This document shows, in pieces, positions 30,340 through 43,251 of a DNA stretch of 64,000 nucleotides. Where the stretch lies: the NCBI GenBank assembly GCA_000004695.1, contig CM000151.3, forward strand, positions 5,120,001 to 5,184,000, in the 5' to 3' direction. The notes under the pieces were generated by a model, which worked only from the letters and a program-made list of their open reading frames with translations, was not told the origin of the DNA and ran no database searches. Position 1 is the stretch's first letter. Each line of letters begins with the position of its first letter. A program made the translations under genes and the position numbers. This DNA is from Dictyostelium discoideum. Taxonomy: Eukaryota.

Positions 30340-30633
30340 GTACCAGAAATTAAAAAAAAGTTTTTATATGTTAAAAGAATTAAACAAACTGAACAACAAA
30401 AGAAAGAAGGATTTCGTTCGAAATTATCAGATAAAGAAGAGATAAAGTCTGTTTTATTACCAATCGAATTAAATAATAAATTCAATTTAGAAGGTAAATC
30501 AATTTTACTATTGGATGATGCAACAACAACTGGTAGAACTTTAAAAATATATGAAAAAAATTTAAAAAAATTATGTAAAAATAATAATATTAATGTTAAA
30601 ATTATAAAATTAGCAATTACAAAAACAATTTAA
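30001..30633 (+). CDS. Phosphoribosyltransferase (PRTase)-domain protein resembling bacterial ComF/GntX-type proteins.
   Basis: The C-terminal PRPP-binding loop GKSILLLDDATTTGRTL is preceded by ...IDYILVLPGHRIGYSTF.... It is a single exon with an internal poly-Q stretch. Confidence 0.55.
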
Positions 30634-30711
30634 ATCGAAAATCCATATAAAAAAAAAAAAAAAATCATTATTATTATAAAGGTACACGATAAATAATAAA
30701 AAAAATAAAAA

Positions 30712-30851
30712 TTATTCCGAATTTATTGAAATTACATTATCCCCTGATTTAATAGCTTCTAATTTAATATAATCACTATTTGTTTTCTTTGAAATTATAT
30801 TTTTTAGTAAATTAATACCACCACCACTACCACCACTAGTTGTTTTTGTTG

Positions 30852-30882
<31 letters not shown>

Positions 30883-32071
30883 TGATTTTGATAAATTTAC
30901 AGTTTTATATAATCTATACTTATTATAAAGTTTATAAGTTGCTGTTATGACTATAATGATTGAGAATGAGATTGTTATTGATAGGATAATTAGATTTTCT
31001 TTATATTCTGAATTACTATTTTTATGTTGTTGTTTATTATTATTATTATTATTGTTGTTGTTGTTGTTGTCATTTTTGTTATTATTATTATTAACAATAT
31101 CTATAGATTGATTAATTTTATATTGACATGGGTAACATGAATTTAAATTATTTGGATCTAAAGTGAAATTTGAAAAATTAATTTCAATAGTACTATCTTT
31201 ACCAATTATTGGTTTATATGATGGGATACTACAATCTGAAAATTTTACATTACTATTTGTAAAATTGAAAAATGCAGTTTCTTGAATTATAATTTCGTTA
31301 TCATCATGATATTCATCATCATCATCAGTATGATGATAGTCACTACCATCATTAATTGTATTATTATTTAATATTATTTCAATATTATTAAATAATAAAT
31401 TTTTAATATTTACAATATTAAATAATGTTGGCCTTATTTTAGTTGAAGATGGTAATGAAAAGTTTAAGTTTCTTTTAAATGTTAAATTTGTAAAATTAAA
31501 TTTATTATTATTATTATTATTGTTATTATTAATTGTTGATTCTGTTGTTGTTGTTACATTTGTTTTTATAATATTTATGAAACTATCTTGAAAATCTGTT
31601 ATATCAATTATAGTTGATTCTAAACCACCATTAATTGAAAATGATAAATTTTCATTAACAATTTCTAATTTACTTGTTGGTTTATATTCTTTATTATTAA
31701 GTTTATTATTATTTAATATTTCAATTTCAATTATTGAATTGTTTTTTTGACTAACTAAACTTTTTAATTTTTCAACTAAATGTTTTCAATAATAAAAAAT
31801 TAGTAAATTTACTATTGTAAATATATTACTAATTATATATATATATATATATATATATTGTATATATATATATATATATATACGTACAAGCATCGTTTAA
31901 ATTTACACATGGAGTATTAATTGAATCCCCACAGTTTGTTCCTTCATATGTCTTTGGGTTTAAATTTGAAACATAGATGGTTGTAGTTGAAGTAGTTGTA
32001 GTAGTGGTATAATTGACAAATAAATTTATTAAAAAAAAGATAAATATTATATTTATTGATTTATTGTTCAT
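30712..32071 (-). CDS. Predicted type-I membrane glycoprotein (hypothetical) of about 415 aa. Exon 1 is 32071..31888 (signal peptide) and exon 2 is 31775..30712. The 112-bp intron at 31776..31887 contains (TA)n.
   Basis: There is an N-terminal hydrophobic signal sequence (MNNKSINIIFIFFLINLFVNY). The donor T|GTACGT and acceptor tttag|TT keep phase 1. Exon 2 is a long open frame with many N-x-S/T sites, one TM helix (LIILSITISFSIIIVITATY) and a short cytoplasmic tail. Confidence 0.6.
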
Positions 32072-32314
32072 ATTTGTGTTTCAAAGGGTATGAAATTGTG
32101 AAAAAGATAATTTATTCACAAATATCCGAAACTTTTGAAATTATAAAAAAAATAAAAAAAATAAAAAAATAAAAAATAAAAAAAAAAAAAATAAAAAATA
32201 TATTCTTTTTTTTATTGATATTTTTTTTTTTTTTTTGTTAAAAACACGAATACAATGACATGCAAATCTATTAAAGTAAAAAAATAAAAAAACTCATTTG
32301 CACTTAAAAGATTT

Positions 32315-32345
<31 letters not shown>

Positions 32346-32431
32346 GTTAATTTATAATAATTATTATTTTAATGATGAATTTTGTTTAAAAGAACTCAGT
32401 CCAGTAATATAATAATAAAAATAATAAAAAT

Positions 32432-32474
<43 letters not shown>

Positions 32475-32511
32475 GTTTTTATTTATATTTTCATACTATC
32501 TTTTAAAAACA

Positions 32512-32835
32512 TTATGGATGAATAAAATTGTTATCATTTGTATTGTTTGTAGTGGGTGTTGACTTCACTTCTTTTGGTTTCACTCCTTGTGGTTCTTTAT
32601 CTTTGTAATCTTGGTCTGGATGATAAGTATGAAAATCTTCTCTTTGAATTTCTTCATGACCATTACTTGGGTGTACATACTTTTGGAAACTTGTAAAATA
32701 TTGTTCATTTCCAACATTTGGATTTTTATGTAATTCTCTTAAACCAAGACCAGAACCACCACTTTCATTTTGATTTGTTTTTGGTGGTTTACTTTGTTGT
32801 TGTAATTCTTCTTTTGTATTTATATTTAAAGGCAT
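32512..32835 (-). CDS. Small hypothetical protein of 107 aa. It is paralogue A of a tandem pair sharing the motif GLGLRELHKNPNVGNEQYFTSFQKY.
   Basis: M-to-stop ORF. A 65-bp core is nucleotide-identical to the core of 33248..33718. Confidence 0.5.
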   Translation of the reverse strand: MPLNINTKEELQQQSKPPKTNQNESGGSGLGLRELHKNPNVGNEQYFTSFQKYVHPSNGHEEIQREDFHTYHPDQDYKDKEPQGVKPKEVKSTPTTNNTNDNNFIHP

Positions 32836-33247
32836 TTTATTTTATTTATTTTTTAACTAAATGAATTAATTTAATAGTTTTAAAAAAAAAAAAAAATTAA
32901 AAATAAATATAAAAAAATAACATATTCTTAAATTAAAAATAAAAATAAATAAATAAAAAAAAAAATTAAAATAAAATAAAAATTTAATTACCCCCACAAA
33001 TTGAATCGGTACTTTTTTTAAAAAAAAATTTCCTTTTTTTTCGATGAAAAACTAATTAAAAGAAAAATAAAATAAAGGTAAAATTATAATTTAAAATAAT
33101 AATAAAATAATAATAAAATTATAATAAAATAAAATTAAAATACCAAATAAAAATAAAATAGATAATCAATTTAAAAGAAATATTAAAAAAAAAAAAATGA
33201 ATTAATTATTTTTTTTTTTTATTTTTAAAAGAAATAATAATTTTTAT

Positions 33248-33718
33248 TTATTTTGGAAGTGATTCATTATTATTTTGTTTTGGCAAATATTTTTGAAAAC
33301 TTGTAAAATATTGTTCATTTCCAACATTTGGATTTTTATGTAATTCTCTTAAACCAAGATTACCTTCACCACTGGCCGTGGTATTATCACCTTCAATTGG
33401 TTGATATTGTTGATTTGGTGTGTTGAATGGAGTTTTAGAGTCATTGCTATTAAAAGTTGTGGTTGTTTTTGATGTAGTTTTTCCAGTTGGATTTTCATTA
33501 TCAAATTGAGTATGTTTCTCTGTTTTCTCTGTTACTGAGCCAGTATTATCACCTTTGGTAACAGTAGATTCTTCATTCTTTTCCACTAATTGACCATTTT
33601 CATAAGAGAATACCTTGGAAGTACTAGATTCAAATGAAAAAACTTTTCCTTTTTCACTATCTAATTCTTGAGATAATTTTGGTTTAATTATATTTGTTTG
33701 TTCTTTTTGGTCATTCAT
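33248..33718 (-). CDS. Small hypothetical protein of 156 aa. It is paralogue B of the tandem pair, with the same conserved C-terminal motif.
   Basis: The ORF carries ...GEGNLGLRELHKNPNVGNEQYFTSFQKYLPK. It shares the block ttgtaaaatattgttcatttccaacatttggatttttatgtaattctcttaaaccaaga with 32690-32760. Confidence 0.5.
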   Translation of the reverse strand: MNDQKEQTNIIKPKLSQELDSEKGKVFSFESSTSKVFSYENGQLVEKNEESTVTKGDNTGSVTEKTEKHTQFDNENPTGKTTSKTTTTFNSNDSKTPFNTPNQQYQPIEGDNTTASGEGNLGLRELHKNPNVGNEQYFTSFQKYLPKQNNNESLPK

Positions 33719-33904
33719 TTTTATATTATTTTTTATATTATTTATTTATTTTTATTATTATTATGGTTTATAAAAGTCATGGAAAAAAAAAAAATTAAAA
33801 AATTAAAAAAAAAAAGATAGTAAATTTAAAAATTTAAAAATTAAAAATAAAATAAAAAAAAAAAAATTATGACTCTATTTATTAATCTTTTTTCTAAAAA
33901 TGGT

Positions 33905-33935
<31 letters not shown>

Positions 33936-34688
33936 AATTAAAAAAAAAAAAGTAAAAATTAAAAAAAAAAAGTAAAAAAAAAAAAAAAAAAATTAAAATT
34001 TTACAAATAAGGATTAGTAATTAAAGTTCATAAAAAAAAAAAAAAAAAATAAAATAAAATAAAAATTTTATTTAGGTAATTGATAAAATATTAAATATTT
34101 TTTTTATGACTATTTTTTTTTTTTTTTTTACTTTTTTTGTAAAAAAAAAAAAAAAAAAAAAAAACAAACCCGTTTTTGCAGATGATTTTTTTTGATTTAA
34201 ATGCTGAGAGAGGCAAAAATAAAAAAAAATAAAAAAAAAAAAAAAAAATAAAAAAAATAAAAAAAAATAAAAAAAAAAAAAAATATAAAAAAAAATAGAA
34301 AAAAAAAAATTGGCCCAACAAACACATTCGTGTGTAGGTTTTTTGTATTTGCATTTTAATATACTCTTATAATCCAATAAATTTTTGTGTAGTGTTGTTT
34401 TAATTTTATATTCATTTATATTTTATTTATTTATTTATTTATTTATTTTATTTATTTATTTTATTTATTTATTTTATTTATTTATTTTATTTATTTATTT
34501 ATTTATATAATTTTTTAAATAAATTTAGAAAATTTAACACACACTCACACAAAATAACAAATCATATCACATTAATAATAACAACAAAAATATACATAAT
34601 AAATATTATGTATATAAAAGAGAGTTTTATATAATAATAATAATAATAGTAATAATAATAATAGTAATAATAATCATAAACTAAATAA

Positions 34689-36675
34689 ATGAACGGATCA
34701 CCCTATTCATCATCATCATGGGTGAAATCTTCACTATCAACCAATTCATTAGGTTCATTATCAAACAGTTATGCAGCAGGTAGTGCAGGAGGTAGTGGTA
34801 ATAGAAGTACAGTTAGAGGTGATAGCAATAAAGATCAAAAGGTAATTTATCTATATATCTATTCATACATACACACCATATATTAATATATTCTTTCTTT
34901 TTTTTTTTTTTTTTTTTTTTATATAAAGTTGTTGGGATATTTACAAAAGCAATCTAAATCTCAATTACCAAATTCAAATGTTAAAATTTTTAAAAAGAAA
35001 TGGTTTTGGTTTGAATCTGATAGTGGAACATTATTCTATTCAGCCACATCAACAGGTGCATTATCAACACCATTAACACCATCATCATTATCAGAGAACA
35101 TAAAATCAATTAAAATTACATCACAAACTACAATTGAACAATCAATTTCATTTAGATTGGAATTAATAATTAAAGATAAAGTACGTATAAATAAATATAT
35201 ATAGATATAGGTGTTTTAAAATATTAACATTTCTATCTTTTTTTTATTTATAATCCAACCAAAATCAGAATAAAGTATATAATTTAAGAGCAAATGATGA
35301 ATTTACAGTTTTAAATTGGGTTAATACATTAAATCAATGGAAGAAATTAAATTGTAATTTAGATTTCACCAATGACACCACCACCACCACCAACAATAGC
35401 AATAATAGCAATAGCAATAATAATAATAAGCAATATAATTCAATAGAGAATCCAGATTATCTTGGGAAGTTTGGTGAAGTTGAAGGATTATTAAATGCAA
35501 TGTCAGTTTCAACATCACTTAATACGATGAAAACAGTTAAACCATTAATAAATAAAATTCAAAATGATTCTGAACAATTAAAATTGGTATTATCACAAGT
35601 TGAACAACAAATTGAATTCTTAAAATCATGTCAACTCGAATTAATTTCACATTTATCAAATGATAATAATAATAATAATAATAATAACAATAATAATAAT
35701 AATATACTACAAATATTACAACAACAACAACCTATATCATCAAAAAGAACAGTATCCAATGATAATCTTGTAGGATCAAATAATAGTAATAATCAATTAT
35801 CATTATCAATAGGATTACCTATTAATTTAAATACTTCCAATACCACTACTACAACAATAACCAATAATACAATTGAAGGTGAAAATGATGATGATGAAGA
35901 AGAAGATGAAATTAATCAAACAAGTGATATATTTTCATTATTACCAACTCATTTAACATTATATGTATTTTCATATTTAGAACCAAAAGAGTTATTGATA
36001 TTAGCACAAGTATCATCACAATGGCAAAAGTTAGCAGGTGATAATTTACTTTGGGTAAGATTTGTAACACATTTTATAACGCCAGCATCAATTTTTGATA
36101 AGAGTCATAATTGGAAATCGGTTTATTTAGCAAATACAGTAACATCATTAGGTTATTGCTCAAATTATTATTATTTAAAGAATCAACAAAAAGGTGGTAT
36201 TTGTACAAATAAAGAAAAGTATATGAATAGAGCGATCAGTATGTATGGTGTAACACCATTGACATCATTATCGTCATCGAAAGAGGGTTGGTTATATAAG
36301 AGGGGTGATGATTTACTTAGAATTTGGAAAAAGAGATATTTCGTATTGAGAGATAGTTCATTGTTTTATTTTAAACATCAAAATGATAATTTCCCATGTG
36401 GTGTTATCCTTTTGAATCATGGTACGAAATTAAAGAGAGCTTCAGCTTCAACCAGAAAGAATTGTTTCAAAATACTTCAATCTAAAAATTCAACAATTAC
36501 AATGGTACATAAAAAAAGAATGCCATATTATCTTTCAACTGATAAAGAAGATGATTGTAATGATTGGATGATATTATTAAATTCAATAATTAAATCAAAT
36601 ACTCAACATCAAAATAATTATGGTGTAATTACAATTTCTGGTACAAGTAATAATAATAATAATAATGTATATATA

Positions 36676-36731
<56 letters not shown>

Positions 36732-37539
36732 TAACAATAATAATAATGGTAGTCAAAGTTATAATTTACCACCATTATTAAGTAAATCACCATCATTTAG
36801 TAATGCATTAACAAGTAGTACAGGTATTAGTGGTGGTGGTGGTGGTAGTACTAAATCACGTAAATCACATAAGAAATCATTTTCATCGGGTGGGGGTGGT
36901 AGTGGTGGTAATAATAATTTTGAACAAATGCAACAACAAATACAATCTGTACATTTAACACCAATTTATCCAATGTTTGGTGTTGCATTATCAAAGATAT
37001 TAGAGAATCAATCATTAATAACAACTCAAACTCATTTAAAGATACCATTTATATTGTATATTTGTTTAAATTATATTATTTCAAAGGGTATAAAGGAAGA
37101 GGGTATATTTAGAGTATCAGGTAGTTTAAGAGAGGTTCAAGAATTACAAGAACATTTTGAACAAGGTAGAGAAATCGATTTGGATCAACATGATATTCAT
37201 GCAATTTGTGGTTTGGTTAAAACATTCTTTAGGAAATTACCTCATACATTGGTTGCTGCAGATTTAGATGAATATTCAACATCTGTACAATTGGCTGCAT
37301 CTCAAACTGAGGATGAAAAAATCCAAGAATTCAAATTCATTTTCGAAAGTATTTCAGAGAATTCATTCCATATCTTTGAACTATTATTATATTGTCTAAG
37401 ATTAATCGTTAGAAATGAATCTTTTAACAAAATGACCATTGAAAATTTATTAATTGTAATCATGCCCACTTTAAAATGTTCACCTGTATTAATAACAAAT
37501 GGAATTAAATATTATGATGAAATATTCATTAAAAAATAA
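34689..37539 (+). CDS. RhoGAP-domain protein carrying an F-box and two PH domains. Exons are 34689-34841, 34929-35180 and 35269-37539.
   Basis: - PH-1 spans exons 2/3 (KKWFWFESDSGTLFYSAT...VLNWVNTL).
- F-box: IFSLLPTHLTLYVFSYLEPKELLILAQVSSQWQKLAGDNLLWV.
- PH-2: EGWLYKRGDDLLRIWKKRYFVLRDSSLFYFKH.
- RhoGAP: GIFRVSGSLREVQEL...HAICGLVKTFFRKLP... with the Arg finger.
Introns are 87 and 88 bp with GTAATT/GTACGT donors, and the phases are consistent. Confidence 0.75.
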
Positions 37540-37593
37540 AATAAAATAAAATAGAAATAAAAATAAAAATAAAAATAAAAAAAAAAATAAATA

Positions 37594-37631
<38 letters not shown>

Positions 37632-39364
37632 ATATAATATATTTATTTTAAAAATTATTATTATTATTATTATTATCTTCGTCCCTTAAAAAAAAAGATG
37701 GTTCTTCTTTTATATAATTATTATTGTTAATGAACTTTGTTTCCTAATCGGGTAAAAAAAATAAAAATAAAAAAAAAAAAAAATTATTTTTAGATTTTTT
37801 TTTTTACAAATTGTGTGGTTTGTAAAATAAAAAAAAAATTTTATATGGAAAATAATTTTTTTCAATGTATACCCAATAGACATACTAATAACTATTTTCT
37901 AAATCAAAATTTAAAAAGTAAACCATTTTTATAATTTCTATTCAAATTATTAATATTAAATAAAAAAAAATAAAAAAAAAATAAATTTTTAATTATTTAA
38001 TTTTTAGAAAAAAAAAAAAAAAAAAAAACTATCATTATTGATTAAAAAAAAAAAAAAAACAATGTTATTTTAAATATTTTTTTTGTAGTTGTAATTGGAA
38101 ATAAATATAAATTTTTTAAAAATAAAAAAAAAAAAAAGAAATCTAAAAAAAAATTGTTTGTATTAAAAAAAAAAAAAAAATGTTGTATTAAATTACTTAA
38201 AAATTTCTTATCAATAAAAAAAAAAACAAAAAAAAAAAAAAAAAACATCTTTATTTTAATTATTATTTTCTATTACTATATTTATTTTCCATAATTTTTT
38301 TCAACTAAATATTTTATTTATATAAAAATTACAATTTTATAAAATATTAATTTAAATTTATTTTGGTGTGAAATTTTTATAATTTTTTAATTATAATTAT
38401 TTTATTCTTATAAAAATAAGAATGATATCATAGTTTTTTTTTTTTTTAAACTATATATATAATTTTTTTTAAAAACATTAAAATTTTGGAAAAAAATTTA
38501 TAATAAGAGATTTAATACTATTTATAATAGAGTCATCTCTAAAAAAAAAAATAATATAAAATAAAAAAAAAAAATAAAAAAAAAAAAAAACAAAAAAAAA
38601 AATATTCATATTCACACCAATTCTAGTAATAACCTATAGAAATAATAAAAATAATCAACAAAAAAATAATTATATTTTATATTATTATTATTATCATTAT
38701 TTTTATTATTATAATTTTATCAAAATAATTTTTTATATTTTAAAAAAAAAAAAAAAAAAAAAGCAATAGTTTCAATTTTCAAAAGAGATTACAGTGTGTG
38801 TTTATATTTTTAGAATCAAGGTTAAATTTATATTCAAAGGGTAAATATTATTATTATTATTTATTTTGTTCATTTATTTTTTTATTTTTACCTTATTTTG
38901 TTATTTATTTAAATAAAATAACAATTAGTAATTAATTTATTTAGTTTGTTGTGGTAGAGTCTATCTATTTATAATAATTGTTATCCATCAATTTTATTTT
39001 TTGTGTTTTTGATTTATTTTTATATCACTCTCTCTCTCGCTCACCACCCTCCACTTCAACTCAATTTGGAAAATCTCCAAATACTCAGATCATTACCAAA
39101 ATTGTGGAGATTTTTCATTGACCAATTTTATACTTTTTTTTTTTTTTTTTTTGTGCATTTTTTTTTTTTTTCCCACCCAAACAAAAAACAAAAATAAAAA
39201 CAAAAATTAAAAATAAAAATAAAATTAAAAATAAAAATTAAAAATATAAAAATAAAAATAATAATAATGAAAATAATAATATTAAAAATAAATATATAAA
39301 CACAATGATAGTGGGTGCAAATTTTTTTTTTTTTTTTTATTATAATTTTTGCAAAATAGTTTTT

Positions 39365-39420
39365 TTTTTTGTTTTGGTGTGTGTGTGGTGGTATGTGTAT
39401 AAGGGGGTGTGGGTGGATAT
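39365..39420 (+). promoter_or_regulatory. G/T-rich G-box-like element in the 3.6-kb gene-free spacer. A C/T-rich box lies at 39020-39060.
   Basis: The sequence is ggtgtgtgtgtggtggtatgtgtataagggggtgtgggtggat. An upstream box is ctctctctcgctcaccaccctccacttcaactc. Confidence 0.3.
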
Positions 39421-40096
39421 TGTTTTTTTGAATGGAACAATGTTTATTGTTTTTTATATCAGTTGTGGTATTGACAATATTTTTATTGGCAATATATGTA
39501 CACTTTATAATAATAGAATTATTTATATGTAAAAAAAAAAATAATAACCACATACGCAAGCAAACCTTCTCCTCACAAAAATGAATATGATAATAATCAA
39601 GTTTTAATCTGTGTTTATTTTAATTATCACAGTTTATTATATTCTACATCTTAATATAATTCGAAACCATTATCTTAATATCAATAATATTAATAATAAT
39701 AATAATAATTCCACATACCACAAAATAATAAATCACTCGAAAATTTTTTGTTTTATTATTGGTTTTTTTTTTTTAATAATAATTTTAATTTTAATTTACT
39801 TTTTTTATTATTTTTTTAAATATTTATTTAATAAAAAAATAAAAAAAATAAAAAAATAAATAAATAATTAAAAATAAAAAATTAATATTAATAATAAAAA
39901 AAAAATAAAAAAATAAAAAATAAAAAAAAAAAATAAATAAAAGAAAATTAGAATAAATATTTTTTTTTTTTTTTTTTTAGAAAATAAAAAATAAAAAATA
40001 TTTTAATAATATAAATAAAACTTCTTTTTTTAGATTACAAAATAATAATATTAATAATAATATCATATATAATAAATATAAATTAATTTTTATATG

Positions 40097-40141
<45 letters not shown>

Positions 40142-41131
40142 TAATAATAATAATAATCAAATTTATAATTTCATTTGTTTTTTGAAATTTATACCCATAT
40201 TTTTAAAAAATTGTAGGAAAATTAAAAAATTACCCAAATAAATCATTTTTTTTTTTTTTTATATTTATTATTTTTGTTGAATTTAATAATTGTGTGCCCA
40301 TTATTATTATTATTCTTTGTGTTCAATTTTTAGAAAAATATAATTCATTGGTTATTATTGATAAATACAGTTGTTTTAAAACACCATTCCAAAAATTATT
40401 ATATTTGAAAAAATAAATAAATCACTTAATCTATACAAAAAAATAATTTCACACAAATAGTTAAAAAAAAAAAAACACAAACACACTTTCTTTGTATCTT
40501 CAATTTCAAAATAACCCACATTTTTTTACCCATCTTCAAATAAAAAAAATTATTTTTATAACAATTTTCTATTCTCACCACCTACCCCAAACAAAAATTA
40601 AATCACCATTGATTTTTTTTATTTAAATTTATTATATGTTTTTTTTTTTTTTTAAAAAATATACATGTATTTTATAGTTGGTGGTTGATATTATAATTTT
40701 ACACATCTATTTAATTTTTTCATTTAAAAAAAAAGAATTTTTTATTTTATTTTTGTCTTTTATTAAATAATTAATAAATACCTATGCACACCATATATTT
40801 GTATATATTATCTTTATTTAAAAAATAAAATCAAAAAAAAAAAAAAAATAATAAAAAAAAACAATTATTAACCATAATTTTAATTTTTTTCCAAGATAGA
40901 TTAATTTTTTTTTTTTTAAAAGATTAAAAAAAAAAAATTATTATTAAAAAAAAAATAAGAATCAATTAATTATTAAAAAAAAAAAAAAAAAAAAAATTAT
41001 TATTTTTTTTTTTTATAATTCCAACAACAATAATTACTCAAAGAATTAAATAATAATTACTTCATGATAGTTTAAGAATTTTTTTAATTTTATAACAAAT
41101 CCTCAAAATTTCAATATATATATAATATGAA

Positions 41132-42094
41132 ATGCGTGTTCTTGTTATATTTATACCAAAATCATTCCCTAATAAATGTTTACACTTCAAAAAACTTGGG
41201 TAAGTATTTTTACTAAAAATAGTTGATTATCAAAAGTTAGTAAACAATTTTCTAATAAATTTTTTAATTTTTTAATTTTTTAAAAAAAATATTTCAGATT
41301 ATGGATAATTTTCCAAGCTTCAATAAAAGAAAAATCAAATCACCAAAAGTAAGTATTTAAAATTTTTAATTTATTATTTTTTAATTTTTTTTTTTTTTTT
41401 TTATTGACAATTTTTTATTTTTTTTTTTATTTTTTATTTTTTTATTTATTAGGGAAATCCTTACTGAACAACAACAACAACAAATAATAAATAACCATAT
41501 AAATAATTCAATTTCAAGTGAAAATCTTGTAATTCCATTAAATAATTATGAAGAAAGTCCAACCCAATCCAATATATCATCATGTTATTCATCACAATCT
41601 AATTTATCAAGCTATAGTAGCACTGGAAGTTTAAGTAGTTATTATGGTTCAAACTATTATCATGGTGCAAGTTCAAGTAGTATTAGTAGTATCAATAGTA
41701 ATATTGCAAATTCAAATTCAAGTAGTACTGGTAGAGATTCAACACCAACACCAACACCAACACCAATTCAAACTCCTTCATCAACTCCATCTAAAAAGAA
41801 AAGATCATGGAGAATTAGAACACCATCACCAAAGCCAAAATTGGAATCAAACAACAATCATCATCATAATCATCATAATTATTACAATAATTTCTCTGAA
41901 ATTTCAATTGAACTACCACCAACCCCAACATATCCACAAAAACCATCATTCTTATCAAATTCAAATCAAATTCCAAGACCAAAATCAAGACATTCTCATA
42001 CAAATTCTGCTGATAGTTATACTTCATCATATTCATCAACTTATCCATCTTCAACAAGATCTTCTCAAAAACAACCACCATATTATCAACAACC

Positions 42095-42128
<34 letters not shown>

Positions 42129-42152
42129 ATTAATAATTTCAATTTTAATGGA

Positions 42153-42242
<90 letters not shown>

Positions 42243-42962
42243 TCCAATAATATGAAAATTTCAACATCACCAAATAAACTATCAAATTCAAATCATTCAA
42301 CAAATTCAAACTTTTCACAATGTTCATCAAGTCATAGTTTATTAGATACCAATATTGGTGGTATCAATGTAAATACTCAAAATTTGGTTTCATTTACAAA
42401 TGAAACTTCAAACTCTGGTTCAACTATTATAAAGCCTGTTGCACTTAAATCTAGTAGCAGAAGCGTATTTAATAGTAGTAATAATCAACAATATCTTTTC
42501 TCTTCTTCGACTTTATCTTCATCTTCTTCGACTAAAACTAATAATAATTCAACAACAACCACCACTACCACCACCGCCAAAACATCATCAACTTCAACAA
42601 ATGATTACTCATCTATTAAAGGTAAAAGTTTAATAGATGATGATGCATCCTGCTCGATTTCTTCATTTAATGCAATTGAACAACAAGTTCTAATTCCAAC
42701 GGTCCTATCATCATCCTCTTCATCTCATGTTATGAAAAGAAGTAATGGTAGTTCAAATGGTGGTAACTCCACCATACAATCACCATCTTGTAATCAAATA
42801 TCGATCAATAAGAATAACTTGGTAGATATCGATGATGAGGATGAGGATGATGAGGACGATATCAATGGCCATTGGGAAAAAATTACAATACCATCTAATA
42901 TGTGTAGAGATCAAATCTCAATTAAAAATAATTTTGATGAATCGACAAAAGTAATTTGCTAA
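41132..42962 (+). CDS. Ser/Asn/Thr-rich low-complexity hypothetical protein. The proposed exons are 41132-41199, 41298-41348 and 41453-42962. The two 5' micro-exons are tentative.
   Basis: The large exon from 41453 to the stop at 42960-42962 is an uninterrupted frame upstream of the track ORF 41841..42962. The only phase-consistent 5' model joins two small exons via GTAAGT donors (phase 2 / phase 2). The ATG at 41291 gives phase-incompatible splicing. Confidence 0.45.
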
Positions 42963-43251
42963 TATACTTTATTTTAAAAAATATAAAAAGAAAAAAAAAA
43001 AAATAAAAATTTTAAAAAAAAATATATTTATTTTAAAAAACAATTATATAAACACATATGTGTTTAAAAAATTAATTAATTTTTTTTATTTTACAAATAA
43101 TTAAATTTATTTATATTTTTATTTATATTTTTTTGGTGTGTTAATATTTTATTTTATTTTATTTTTTTATTTTTTTATTTTTTGTACATTCAATTCTTTT
43201 TTTTATTTTATAAGTTCAAACAGAGTTTATCTCTTATTATAAAAAAAAAAA

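Noticed and set aside
34072-34377. ORFs 34072..34377 and 34091..34354 (-) encoding poly-F/K
   Set aside because: They lie entirely within poly(A)/poly(T) promoter tracts upstream of the RhoGAP gene.
41291-41348. ATG GAT AAT TTT CCA... as the start codon of the gene ending at 42962
   Set aside because: Its GTAAGT donor leaves phase 0, whereas the only acceptor before the large exon requires phase 2. The in-frame reading hits TGA immediately.
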